Assembly: GCA_016219715.1 (NCBI GenBank)
Contig: JACRKX010000027.1
Location: 3,667-67,666 of the forward strand
DNA length: 64,000 nucleotides
From: Actinomycetota bacterium
GTDB taxonomy: Bacteria; Actinomycetota; Thermoleophilia; Solirubrobacterales; JACPNS01
Reading direction: 5' to 3'
A program made the translations under genes and the position numbers. The notes beneath the pieces are model-generated. The model had not been told where the DNA came from. It ran no database searches and was given only the letters and a program-made list of their open reading frames with translations. Below, piece by piece: positions 37,275 to 45,871 of the stretch (the first letter of the stretch is position 1; every line of letters begins with the position of its first letter).

Positions 37275-37303
37275 TCAATTGCATAAAATCTGATCGCAAT
37301 TGA
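37275..37303. promoter_or_regulatory. Inverted repeat TCAATTGC-N13-GCAATTGA, 63 nt upstream of the sqr start. Candidate operator.
   Basis: Perfect 8-bp arms in an AT-richer segment, read directly. Confidence 0.35.
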
Positions 37304-37365
37304 TGCCTTTTCGAGTGGCCGCGTTCGGTGGCGCTCATGCAGTCAGCAGCCGAAGGAGGTTCACG

Positions 37366-38622
37366 ATGAACTCGGCAACGGGAACAACCGGCCAGCCGGT
37401 GGCCGGCGAAGTCAGGAAGACAGCGACCGACCTGCACTACAAAGTCGTCATCGTCGGCGGCGGAAACGCCGGCATCAGCGTTGCGGCGCGCCTGTGCGAA
37501 GTGCTTGCGCCGGGAGACGTGGCGATCGTCGAGCCGTCGGCCACGCACTACTACCAGCCGATGTGGACCCTGGTCGGCGGCGGCGTCGTCGACAAGCGCA
37601 CGACGGCCCGCTCGCAGTCGAGCGTGATCCCGGCCGGCGCCGAGTGGATTCACGACAGGATCGACCGCCTCGACCCCGAGAACGATCTCGTCGTAACCTC
37701 CGACGGCAAGACGATTGGCTACGACCGCCTGGTCGTAGCCGCCGGACTCGAACTCGACTGGGACGGCGTCGCGGGTCTCGCCGGAGCGATCGGTCGCAAC
37801 GGCGTCTGCAGCAACTACTCCTACGACCACGTCGACTACACGTGGCAGACGATCAGCAACTTCAAAGGCGGCACGGCCCTCTTCACGATGCCACCGCCGC
37901 CGATCAAATGCGCCGGCGCGCCGCAGAAGATCGCCTACCTGGCCGACGACGCCTTCCGCAACCAGGGCGTGCGGGAGAACACAAGGATCGTCTACGCGGC
38001 CGGTACCCCCGGCATCTTCGGGGTGGCCGACTACGCCAAGACACTCAACCGTGTGATCGAGCGCAAGGGCATCGACGCGCTCTACCAGCACGTGCTCGTC
38101 GAGATCCGCCCCGAGGCGAGGCATGCTGTCTTCGAAGACCGCGCCAACGCCAACGCTCAGGTCGTGATCGACTACGACATGATCCACGTCACACCGCCGC
38201 AGCGCGCGCCGCGCGTCGTGCGCGAAAGCCCGCTCGCCAACGACGACGGCTGGCTAGAGGTCGACAAGCACACTCTGCAGAATCCGCGTTTCCCGAACGT
38301 CTTCGCGATCGGCGACGCCTCCAGCCTGCCGACCTCGAAGACCGGCGCGGCAATCCGCAAACAAGCGCCGGTACTCGTTGGCAATCTGCTGGCGACGCTC
38401 GACGGCCAGGACTCCGGCGCATTCGACAGCTACGACGGCTACACGGCCTGCCCGCTGGTCACCGGATACGGCAAGCTGGTGATGGCCGAATTCGACTACG
38501 ACCTCAAGCCGACTCCAACGTTTCCGATCGATCAGACGAAGGAGCGCTGGAGCATGTATCAAGTCAAGCGTTTTGTCCTGCCCAAGCTCTACTGGAACCG
38601 CATTCTCAAGGGCAAGGCGTAG
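37366..38622 (+). CDS. sqr: Sulfide:quinone oxidoreductase, type II (SQOR-like)
   Basis: ATG at 37366 with GGAGG 7 nt upstream. FAD motif [23 protein letters not shown], and redox cysteines in [12 protein letters not shown] and [11 protein letters not shown] as in eukaryotic/type II SQR. Confidence 0.85.
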   Translation: MNSATGTTGQPVAGEVRKTATDLHYKVVIVGGGNAGISVAARLCEVLAPGDVAIVEPSATHYYQPMWTLVGGGVVDKRTTARSQSSVIPAGAEWIHDRIDRLDPENDLVVTSDGKTIGYDRLVVAAGLELDWDGVAGLAGAIGRNGVCSNYSYDHVDYTWQTISNFKGGTALFTMPPPPIKCAGAPQKIAYLADDAFRNQGVRENTRIVYAAGTPGIFGVADYAKTLNRVIERKGIDALYQHVLVEIRPEARHAVFEDRANANAQVVIDYDMIHVTPPQRAPRVVRESPLANDDGWLEVDKHTLQNPRFPNVFAIGDASSLPTSKTGAAIRKQAPVLVGNLLATLDGQDSGAFDSYDGYTACPLVTGYGKLVMAEFDYDLKPTPTFPIDQTKERWSMYQVKRFVLPKLYWNRILKGKA

Positions 38623-38721
38623 ACAGCAGTCCAAACAGGCAACTTCTAAACACGCAATTTCCGAACTCCCGCCTGGGCGGCGGCTCAACGGCCTCTGCCG
38701 CTGACCTATCCTGCCCAAAGA

Positions 38722-40851
38722 GTGGCCAAGGACACGGAAAAGCTCATTCGTCAGCTTTCGCTGATCTCGTTTCTGATGGCGAAGCGACGTCCCGTGACGG
38801 CGCTAGAAATCAAGCGCGACGTCGAGGGATACAGCGAAATGAACGACGACGCTTTCGCTCGTCGCTTCTACGCCGACCGCGCCGAGCTCGAGGCGCTTGG
38901 CATCGAGCTGCGCGTCGACCGCGCCACCGACGGCTTCTACGAGGCCGAGAACTACTCCCTTCCCCCAGAGAACTTCTACCTGCCCAGCGTGCAGTTCACC
39001 GATCGTGAACTCGCCTCGCTGACGACTGCGCTGAAGATGCTCGACGGCCAGTTCGCCTACGCCGAACCGCTGCGTCTGGCGCTGCAACAGCTCACCTGGG
39101 GACGGCCCAGCCCACTGAGCTCGCCCGATGAAGAGTCGATCCACGTAGCCGTCGGACCCGACGTCGAGGGCCGCGAGCTCTCCCAGCGCCTAAGCAAGAT
39201 CGAGAACGCCGTCTTCCGCCGCAAGACGATCATCTTCGAGTACTACACGATCGGCCGAGACAGCACCGAGAAACGCAAGGTCGACCCTTACCACCTGCTC
39301 TTCCGCGGCGGCCAGTTCTACATGATCGGCCACTCGCACGAGCGCGACGAGCAGCGCATGTTCAAGCTCTCGCGCATTCGCGGCAAGATCAGCTACGCCA
39401 GCAAGGCCGAGCACGACTTCCCGCCGCCCGAGGGCTTCGACCCGCGCGACTACGCGACGAAGGCCGAATGGCAGTTCGGCCAGCAGTTCGAGAGCGCTTC
39501 GATCTGGATCAGCGAGCGCATCGCGTGGCTGGTCGAGCGCCACTTCGCAAAGGCCGGCAAGATTCGCAAGCCTCGCCGCGGCGAGGCCGTGCCGGGCAAG
39601 GGCGTGATCTTCGAGACCGAGTTTTCCGAGTCGGCGCCGCTGCTCTCCTGGGTGCTGGGCCTCGGCCCCCGCGCCCGAATCCTCGAGCCGAAGGCACTCG
39701 CCGACGACGCCCTCGCTCGCGTGGCCCGCATCGCGCGCTCCCACAGCGGCGAGTTCGAGACGGCCCCGAAGATCGCGCGCAGGCGCGGCAGCGGCGGCAG
39801 TAGCGGAGGGGGCGAAAGCGAGGCCTCCATCCGTCCCGAACGCTTCGCCCGCCTGATCACGCTGGCCGGCATCTTGATCGGCGCCACGCACACCGGCGAC
39901 TCGGTGCCGATGCAACGTCTGCTCACCGACCTCAACGTCACGCGCGAAGAGCTGTCGGAAGACATCGACGTGCTCAACGTCGTCAACTTCGGCGGCGGCA
40001 GCTACGTGCTGTTCGCGCAGATCGACGACGACACGGTTACCGTCGACAGCGAGCCCTACAGCGACAACTTCGCGCGGCCGGCACGCCTGCTGCCGCTCGA
40101 GGCCAAGGCCTTGATCGCTGCCATCGACCTGTTGGGTCAGCACTTCCCCGACGACTCTCTGATCTCGGCGCGCGAGAAGGTCGTGGCCGCGCTCGGCGAC
40201 GACCCGGCGATCGGTGGCCTGCAGATCGCCGCCAACAAGGCCGACGACTCCGAGATCGCCGGCCAGCTGAGCGCCGCTATCGCCGCCAACGAGCTCGTCG
40301 AGATCGAGCACTACAAAGAAGACCAGGACACCTTCACGCAGCGCACAGTCGAGCCGTACTCGCTGATGAACGGACGCGAAGGCTGGTACGTGCACACCTG
40401 GGACCACTCGGCCGAAGCGCCGCGCGACTTCCGGCTCGACCGCATCAAGAACGTCACCGCCACCGGCGAGAACTTCGAACCGCGCGACGGCATGAAGCCC
40501 GACCTCGACGGCTGGGCCAAGACCGGCGTAGTCAGCAGCAGCACGGTCGCCCGCATCTGGATCGAGCCCGACGCCGCCCGGCGAGTGCGCGAGGAGCACG
40601 AGCCGGTGATGGAGCTAAAGGACGGCGCCATCGTGATCGAGCTGCCCTACGGCGGAGTCAACTGGCTGATCACCGAGATCTTCAAGTTCGCGGGTGACGC
40701 CGTGGTACTCGAACCGGCCGACGCGCGTGAAGCCGTGCGCGATGCAGCCAAGGCGCTGAAGCCCGAGCTGGTCGCCGGCGTCGCCGCCGCCAAGGCCGCC
40801 GGCGCCAAGCCGGCCACCCGCTCGCGCAAGCGCGAGACCGTCGGCGCCTAA
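38722..40851 (+). CDS. pafBC: Fused PafB-PafC-like regulator: two tandem HTH-WYL-WCX modules in one 709-aa polypeptide
   Basis: Module 1: LIRQLSLISFLMAKRRPVTALEI...AFARRFYADRAELEALGI, WYL region VDPYHLLFRGGQFYMIGHS...MFKLSRI. A Gly/Ser linker follows. Module 2: RFARLITLAGILI..., VEPYSLMNGREGWYVHTWD...DFRLDRI. Confidence 0.8.
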   Translation: MAKDTEKLIRQLSLISFLMAKRRPVTALEIKRDVEGYSEMNDDAFARRFYADRAELEALGIELRVDRATDGFYEAENYSLPPENFYLPSVQFTDRELASLTTALKMLDGQFAYAEPLRLALQQLTWGRPSPLSSPDEESIHVAVGPDVEGRELSQRLSKIENAVFRRKTIIFEYYTIGRDSTEKRKVDPYHLLFRGGQFYMIGHSHERDEQRMFKLSRIRGKISYASKAEHDFPPPEGFDPRDYATKAEWQFGQQFESASIWISERIAWLVERHFAKAGKIRKPRRGEAVPGKGVIFETEFSESAPLLSWVLGLGPRARILEPKALADDALARVARIARSHSGEFETAPKIARRRGSGGSSGGGESEASIRPERFARLITLAGILIGATHTGDSVPMQRLLTDLNVTREELSEDIDVLNVVNFGGGSYVLFAQIDDDTVTVDSEPYSDNFARPARLLPLEAKALIAAIDLLGQHFPDDSLISAREKVVAALGDDPAIGGLQIAANKADDSEIAGQLSAAIAANELVEIEHYKEDQDTFTQRTVEPYSLMNGREGWYVHTWDHSAEAPRDFRLDRIKNVTATGENFEPRDGMKPDLDGWAKTGVVSSSTVARIWIEPDAARRVREEHEPVMELKDGAIVIELPYGGVNWLITEIFKFAGDAVVLEPADAREAVRDAAKALKPELVAGVAAAKAAGAKPATRSRKRETVGA

Positions 40852-40865
40852 CGCCAAGCGCGCCG

Positions 40866-41333
40866 ATGGCCGGCAAGCGCGACCAGATCAAGCTCTCCGA
40901 CGAGGAGATCGCCGCCTACATCGCCGAGGCAAAGACGGTGACCGCCGGCACCAACGGCCCGCGCGGCATTCCGCACCTGATGCCGCTGTGGTTCGTGCCG
41001 CGCGGCGATGAGATCTGGGGCTGGACCTTCGCCAAGTCCCAGAAGGCCATCAACCTCGAGCGCGATCCGCGCGCGACATTGCTTTTCGAAGACGGCGTCC
41101 AGTACGACAAACTGCGCGGAGTGATGATCGAATGCGATGTCGAGCTGCTGCGCGAGGCACCCGACATCCGCCAGATCGGGATCGACCTCTTCACCAAATA
41201 CGGCGACGGCAACTACCCGGCCGACCCCGTGATCGAGATGATCGAGGCCCAGACGCCGAAGCGCGTCGGCCTGCGGTTCCTGCCCCGCCGCTACGTCAGC
41301 TGGGACCACCGAAAGCTCGGCGGCGTCTACTAG
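40866..41333 (+). CDS. Pyridoxamine 5'-phosphate oxidase-family (probable F420/FMN-binding split-barrel) protein
   Basis: 155 aa. PPOX-class pattern GTNGPRGIPHLMPLWF..., ..KAINLERDPRATL. Confidence 0.7.
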   Translation: MAGKRDQIKLSDEEIAAYIAEAKTVTAGTNGPRGIPHLMPLWFVPRGDEIWGWTFAKSQKAINLERDPRATLLFEDGVQYDKLRGVMIECDVELLREAPDIRQIGIDLFTKYGDGNYPADPVIEMIEAQTPKRVGLRFLPRRYVSWDHRKLGGVY

Positions 41334-41360
41334 CCGTTCGCGGTCAGGTGCTCGGCGGAG

Positions 41361-41774
41361 CTACGAACGAGGAGCGACGGCCGCCGCATCGATTTCTTCC
41401 ACCAGCTCGGCCACGCGATCTTCGATCTCGTCGCGAATGTCACGGACCTCGTCGGTGCTCTGCCCCTTCGGGTCGGTCAGTTGCCAGTCGATGTAACGCT
41501 TGCCCGGGATGAAGGGACAGGCGTCGCCGCAACCCATCGTGACGACCACGTCCGCCCACTCGGCGTGCTTGGTTGTCAGCTTCTGCGGCACGCGGCCGCG
41601 CAGATCGATGTCGAGTTCACGCATCACCTCGACCACCTCGGGGTGAACGCGATCGGCCGGCGTGGTACCCGCCGAGTCGGCGGTATGACGACCGGCGACG
41701 GCACGCTCGAAGAGGGCGCGGCTCATCTGCGAGCGGCCGGCGTTGTGCAGGCATACGAACAGAACGTTCGCCAT
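41361..41774 (-). CDS. arsC: Arsenate reductase, LMW-PTPase family
   Basis: Active-site loop VLFVCLHNAGRSQM (CX5R), and downstream Cys residues (GCGDACP). Confidence 0.85.
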   Translation of the reverse strand: MANVLFVCLHNAGRSQMSRALFERAVAGRHTADSAGTTPADRVHPEVVEVMRELDIDLRGRVPQKLTTKHAEWADVVVTMGCGDACPFIPGKRYIDWQLTDPKGQSTDEVRDIRDEIEDRVAELVEEIDAAAVAPRS

Positions 41775-41782
41775 CAGGTCTC

Positions 41783-42463
41783 CTATGTTGCTTCCTTCAA
41801 GTGGTGGTCGTCACGCACCAGCTGGTACGCGACGGCGCCGATCGCCGCGCCGGCTACCGGGCCGGCGATGTAGATCCAGAACGAGGTCCATTCCCCGGCA
41901 GCCAGTGCCGGGCCCAGCGAGCGTGCCGGGTTCATCGAAGCGCCGGTGACCGGACCGCCGAACAGCGCGTCAAGCGCCACGGTTCCGCCGATCGCCACCG
42001 CGGCGGCGGCACCGACGGCACGCGTATCGGTGGCCACGGCCATGATCACGAACATCAGGAAAGCGGTCATCACGATCTCGTAGACCAGCGCCGAGCCGGT
42101 CGCGATCGAAGGAACGGTGGCGCCCAGCGCGGCCGGCTCGTCGGGCCAGATCGCCAGCAGCGCCAGCGCGGCGACGATGGCGCCGGCGCACTGAGCCGCC
42201 GCGTAGGCAACCGCGTCGCGCGCCGGAAAGTGGCGGGTGAGCGTGAAAGCCAGCGTCACGGCAGGGTTGATGTGTGCGCCGGAGAGATGGCCCGTGGCGT
42301 AGATCATCGCCATGATCACCAACCCGAAGACACCGGCCACCCCAATCGCGCCCAGCGTGCCGTCGAAGTGCGCATCGGCGATCACTGCTCCGCAGCCGGC
42401 GAAGACCAGCGCAAACGCGGCGATCCCCTCCGCGGCGGCACGACGTGAAAGTGACGGACTCAT
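41783..42463 (-). CDS. MIP-family channel (aquaporin/aquaglyceroporin), probable arsenite channel by context
   Basis: Two NPA boxes (HINPAVT, SMNPARS), 6 TM segments. Ends 8 nt upstream of arsC. Confidence 0.85.
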   Translation of the reverse strand: MSPSLSRRAAAEGIAAFALVFAGCGAVIADAHFDGTLGAIGVAGVFGLVIMAMIYATGHLSGAHINPAVTLAFTLTRHFPARDAVAYAAAQCAGAIVAALALLAIWPDEPAALGATVPSIATGSALVYEIVMTAFLMFVIMAVATDTRAVGAAAAVAIGGTVALDALFGGPVTGASMNPARSLGPALAAGEWTSFWIYIAGPVAGAAIGAVAYQLVRDDHHLKEAT

Positions 42464-42543
42464 ATCTCGCCCAACCCTAGGGCGATCACGAAACGAGGTT
42501 GTGAAAGGCTTGTTACAGCAAGCGCGACGCGCGACCTTTTGCG

Positions 42544-43959
42544 CTAGCCAGCCGCCATCGGCCTACGTGAGTGGCCGCGCTCTTCGAAGTAGTCCCACTC
42601 CTCCTTGCCCAGTGGCGTGGAGGGCTTGTCGGCGAACCACCATTCGCGGCCGATGCGCGTCCAGTTGGCGCTGGCGCCGAGTTTGCCGAGAACGGCCAGA
42701 ACGCCCGTCTCCATGCGGCGGCCGAGCAGTTCGTCGGCCGGCAGGTTGGCGGTGCGCGTCAGCTCGAAGTACTGCGAGCGGGGGTCGGAGAGCGCGCCGA
42801 TCGAGCGCATCACGAACTTCGGCGTGATCTTCGTCTTGCGTCCGTTGAGGTACCAGCCACCGACGCGTTTGACGTGCTCCATCAACAACTCGATGTTGAA
42901 GTTCTCGCGATCGCGGATGAAGCCGAGGTCCTCCATCGCCTTGCCGAACGCCTCGGGGTCGTCGTCGAGCACCGACGTGACGGCGGCGATCTGCATCTGC
43001 ATCTGCTCGGCCGAGAGGCGCTTGGTCATGCCGTAGTCGAGGAAGGCGACGCGGCCGTCGTCCATCGCCAGGTAGTTGCCGGGGTGGGTGTCGGCGTTGA
43101 GCTGGTTGAGGTGGTAGATCGAGCCGAATGCGAAGCGGTAGACGATCTCGCCGAAGCGGTCGCGATCTGCCTGATTCCACTCGAGCACCTCGTCGAAACC
43201 GACGCCGTCGATCCACTCGCTGACGAGCACCCGCTCGCGTGAGAGTTCGGTGAAGACCCCGGGAACGACGATGAACGGATGGCCTCGATAGGCGCGCGCG
43301 AAACGGCGCTGGTTCTGTGCCTCGAGTTCGTAGTCGAGCTCTTCGAGCACGCGCGCCTTGAGCTCCTTGGCGACGGCCTTGGCGTCAAGACCCGGCGCGA
43401 TCATCTTGCCCAGGCGCAGAAATAGGGCGGCGTTCTGAACATCCGCACGCAGCGCGTCGGCGATGTCGGGGTACTGGATCTTGACGGCGACCTCGGTGCC
43501 GTCTTTCAGTACGGAACGGTGAACCTGTCCGATCGACGCGGCGGCGACGGCCTCCTCGTCGAACTCGCTGAATATGCGACCGATGGGCCGGTCCCACTGG
43601 CTGTCGAGCACCTTTTTGACCTTTTTCCAGCTCATCGGCGGTGCCGCGCTGCGCAGCGTGCCGAGCTCCTTCTGGTAGATCTCGCGGTACTCCTCGGGCA
43701 GCAGCTCGACGTCGACGAATGAGGCCAGCTGGCCGATCTTGATCGCGGCGCCACGCAGGCTGCCCAGCGCCTTGACCATGTTCTCGGCCGATTCGAGGTG
43801 GCGGCGCTCGAGCGCCTGCTTGCCGCCCTCGCGCGTGCGCAAGACGTTGGTGGCGGCCGTGCCGCCGAGCTTCAGGCCCTGTCCGCCCAGCGCGCGGCCG
43901 ACCTTGCTGGCGCGGCCGAGTCGCGTCTGCGGAACGGCTTTGTCTTCCTTGCCGGCCAC
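42544..43959 (-). CDS. ABC1/UbiB (AarF) atypical kinase family protein
   Basis: AAASIGQVHRSVLKDGTEVAVKIQYP, HPGNYL, FLDYGM motifs. Confidence 0.85.
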   Translation of the reverse strand: MAGKEDKAVPQTRLGRASKVGRALGGQGLKLGGTAATNVLRTREGGKQALERRHLESAENMVKALGSLRGAAIKIGQLASFVDVELLPEEYREIYQKELGTLRSAAPPMSWKKVKKVLDSQWDRPIGRIFSEFDEEAVAAASIGQVHRSVLKDGTEVAVKIQYPDIADALRADVQNAALFLRLGKMIAPGLDAKAVAKELKARVLEELDYELEAQNQRRFARAYRGHPFIVVPGVFTELSRERVLVSEWIDGVGFDEVLEWNQADRDRFGEIVYRFAFGSIYHLNQLNADTHPGNYLAMDDGRVAFLDYGMTKRLSAEQMQMQIAAVTSVLDDDPEAFGKAMEDLGFIRDRENFNIELLMEHVKRVGGWYLNGRKTKITPKFVMRSIGALSDPRSQYFELTRTANLPADELLGRRMETGVLAVLGKLGASANWTRIGREWWFADKPSTPLGKEEWDYFEERGHSRRPMAAG

Positions 43960-44073
43960 GGGGGAAGCCTATGCGCTAAGAAGCACGGATTCGACCGTAT
44001 TACACCGCGATCGACCCGAAGCGCACTCTCCGGACGGAAAAAGCCGTTTCGCCGCCGCTACCATGCACCGTCT

Positions 44074-44742
44074 ATGTCAGCTGACGACAGAGCAACAATC
44101 GAAGTCCAGCCGCGCGCTGAGCGCGGCTCTCGCGAGTCCCGCCGCATGCGCAAAGAGGGCCGCCTTCCCGGCATCCTCTACGGACGCGGTCGCGACCCGC
44201 AGGCCTTTAGCGTCAACGAGCGCGAACTGCGCGCGGCGCTCAAGGCCGGCCACGCTCTGCTCGACGTTCAGCTCGACGGCGACACCGTGCCCGTGATCGT
44301 CAAGGACCAGCAGCACCACCCGGTGCGCGGCGGTTTCACGCATGTCGACCTGCTCGAAGTCGACCTCAAGGCCACGATTCAGTCGACCGTTCCGGTCGAA
44401 CTCACCGGTGTCGACGACGCTCCCGGCGTCATCCAGGGCGGTGTTCTCGACCACGTCACGCGCGAGCTCAACATCGAAGCCCTGCCGACCGACATTCCCG
44501 ACGCCGTCACGATCGACGTCTCGTCGCTCGAACTGAACGGCACCTTCCTGCTCTCCGAGGCCACGATCCCGTCAGTGCTGACGGTGCTCGACGACCCCGA
44601 AGAGACCGTGATCGCCACGCTTACCCCGCCGACCAAGGTCGAGGCCCCGGCCGAAGTCGAAGAAGAGACCGAGGTCGTCGGCGAAGCCGCCGAGGCCGAG
44701 GCCGAGGGTGAAGGCGGCGACGAAGGCGAAGGCGGCGAGTAG
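44074..44742 (+). CDS. rplY: 50S ribosomal protein L25 / general stress protein Ctc form, with an acidic tail
   Basis: From the ATG at 44074: RAERGSRESRRMRKEGRLPGILYGRG, PVRGGFTHVDL. Followed by pth, as is common. Confidence 0.9.
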   Translation: MSADDRATIEVQPRAERGSRESRRMRKEGRLPGILYGRGRDPQAFSVNERELRAALKAGHALLDVQLDGDTVPVIVKDQQHHPVRGGFTHVDLLEVDLKATIQSTVPVELTGVDDAPGVIQGGVLDHVTRELNIEALPTDIPDAVTIDVSSLELNGTFLLSEATIPSVLTVLDDPEETVIATLTPPTKVEAPAEVEEETEVVGEAAEAEAEGEGGDEGEGGE

Positions 44743-44761
44743 CCGCCCACCCGCTGACGGC

Positions 44762-45403
44762 GTGCGTGCGCACCGCCTACCGCGGCTTCTGTATCTATCG
44801 ATCGGCCTGCTGGCCGCGTCGTCTGCGATCTTTCGCCGCGGTGGCTCCAACGCCCCCGCCGACTGGCTGATCGTCGGCCTCGGCAATCCCGGCGCGAAGT
44901 ACGCCGGCACTCGCCACAACGTCGGCTACCTGGTCGCCGAGCGACTGATCGAGCGCTACGACCTGAGCAAGCCGAAGAACCGTTACCGCGGACGGCTGGC
45001 CAGCGGACGGCTGGGACCGGGCGGAGCACGCGTAGCCGTGTTGATGCCGGACACCTACATGAACGAGAGCGGCAAGAGCGTCGGACCGGCGCGCGGCGAG
45101 TTGCGCGTTGACCTCGATCACGTGGTCGTGGTACATGACGAGATCGACTTCCCGTTCGGGCGCATCGAAGCGCGTCTCGGCGGGGGCGCTGCCGGGCACA
45201 ACGGATTGAAATCGCTCAAGCAGGGCTTGGGCAGCACCGAGTTTCAACGTGTCCGGGTGGGTGTTGGCCGGCCCGACACCACCGACCCTGAGGTCGTCAG
45301 TAGCTGGGTGCTTGGACGCTTCGCCGAATCGAAGGACGAGGTCGACGACCTCGTCGAGCGGGCGCTCGATGCGACGGTGCGATTGATCGAAAACGGCGGC
45401 TAG
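44762..45403 (+). CDS. pth: Peptidyl-tRNA hydrolase
   Basis: LIVGLGNPGAKYAGTRHNVGY, MNESGKSV, VVHDEIDFPFG, GHNGLKS. The start is uncertain (GTG 44762). The track ATG at 44708 would overlap rplY. Confidence 0.9.
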   Translation: MRAHRLPRLLYLSIGLLAASSAIFRRGGSNAPADWLIVGLGNPGAKYAGTRHNVGYLVAERLIERYDLSKPKNRYRGRLASGRLGPGGARVAVLMPDTYMNESGKSVGPARGELRVDLDHVVVVHDEIDFPFGRIEARLGGGAAGHNGLKSLKQGLGSTEFQRVRVGVGRPDTTDPEVVSSWVLGRFAESKDEVDDLVERALDATVRLIENGG

Positions 45404-45441
45404 AACAGCCCCGCCCGAACCATCCCGTCAGAACGGTCCCA

Positions 45442-45473
45442 TCAAAACAGCCTCAGCTCAAAACAGCCTCAGC
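45442..45473. repeat. Perfect 16-bp tandem duplication (TCAAAACAGCCTCAGC x2) spanning the stop codon of the minus-strand gene 45458-45778
   Basis: Read directly: copy 1 is 45442-45457 and copy 2 is 45458-45473. Confidence 0.95.
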
Positions 45474-45778
45474 GTCAACTCGGGGTCGCGGGCGACGCGG
45501 TCTTGGCCCGCGGCGGTCTGCGGCTTGGGCGCGCGGCGCCGGCGCGGTGGGTTGTTTGGCGTGATGCCGCCGTAGGGCGGCTTCTGAGTGGGCTCTAGCC
45601 GGAGCCGGTGACGGGCGGCCTCGGCGCGCACGGCGCTTTCGCTGCGACCGAGCTTGCGGGCGATGCGATCGACCGAGAGCTGGCGCTCGGCCATGGCCAG
45701 CAGGCGCGAGACGTCGGCGCCGCTCCACTGCTTTCCCGATCGGTACGGGACTCGTTGTGTGTTCGCTGTTCTTCTCAT
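45458..45778 (-). CDS. Small basic HTH-like protein (106 aa), hypothetical. Divergent from mfd, with a LexA-type box in the shared intergenic region.
   Basis: ORF with a helix-turn-helix-like segment (LSVDRIARKLGRSESAVRAEA) and an Arg/Pro-rich tail. No family recognised. Confidence 0.45.
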   Translation of the reverse strand: MRRTANTQRVPYRSGKQWSGADVSRLLAMAERQLSVDRIARKLGRSESAVRAEAARHRLRLEPTQKPPYGGITPNNPPRRRRAPKPQTAAGQDRVARDPELTLRLF

Positions 45779-45804
45779 GATTCCAATCTAACGGCGCCTC
45801 CGGA

Positions 45805-45818
45805 CGAACAGGTGTTCG
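45805..45818. promoter_or_regulatory. Cheo-type SOS (LexA) box CGAAC-AGGT-GTTCG, next to a TACAAT -10-like hexamer
   Basis: Perfect match to the Gram-positive/actinobacterial LexA consensus core CGAAC-N4-GTTCG. TACAAT lies at 45825-45830. The box is 27 nt upstream of the minus-strand HTH gene start and 54 nt upstream of the mfd start. Confidence 0.55.
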
Positions 45819-45871
45819 CTTTTTTACAATTCGGCCACATCTGATGCGGGTTCGCGGACGGCCTCCTACAG

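Noticed and set aside
35226-38700. A genomic island integrated at tRNA-Phe (and likewise at tRNA-Ala, 57511).
   Set aside because: There is no integrase, no direct repeat of the tRNA 3' end, and no compositional break that I could see. The downstream genes are ordinary housekeeping or stress genes.
38722-40851. The WYL-domain protein as a BrxR/CapW-like regulator marking a phage-defence island.
   Set aside because: The double HTH-WYL-WCX architecture with PafB- and PafC-like halves fits the DNA-damage regulator PafBC. The flanking genes (sqr, PPOX, arsC, aquaporin) are not defence genes.
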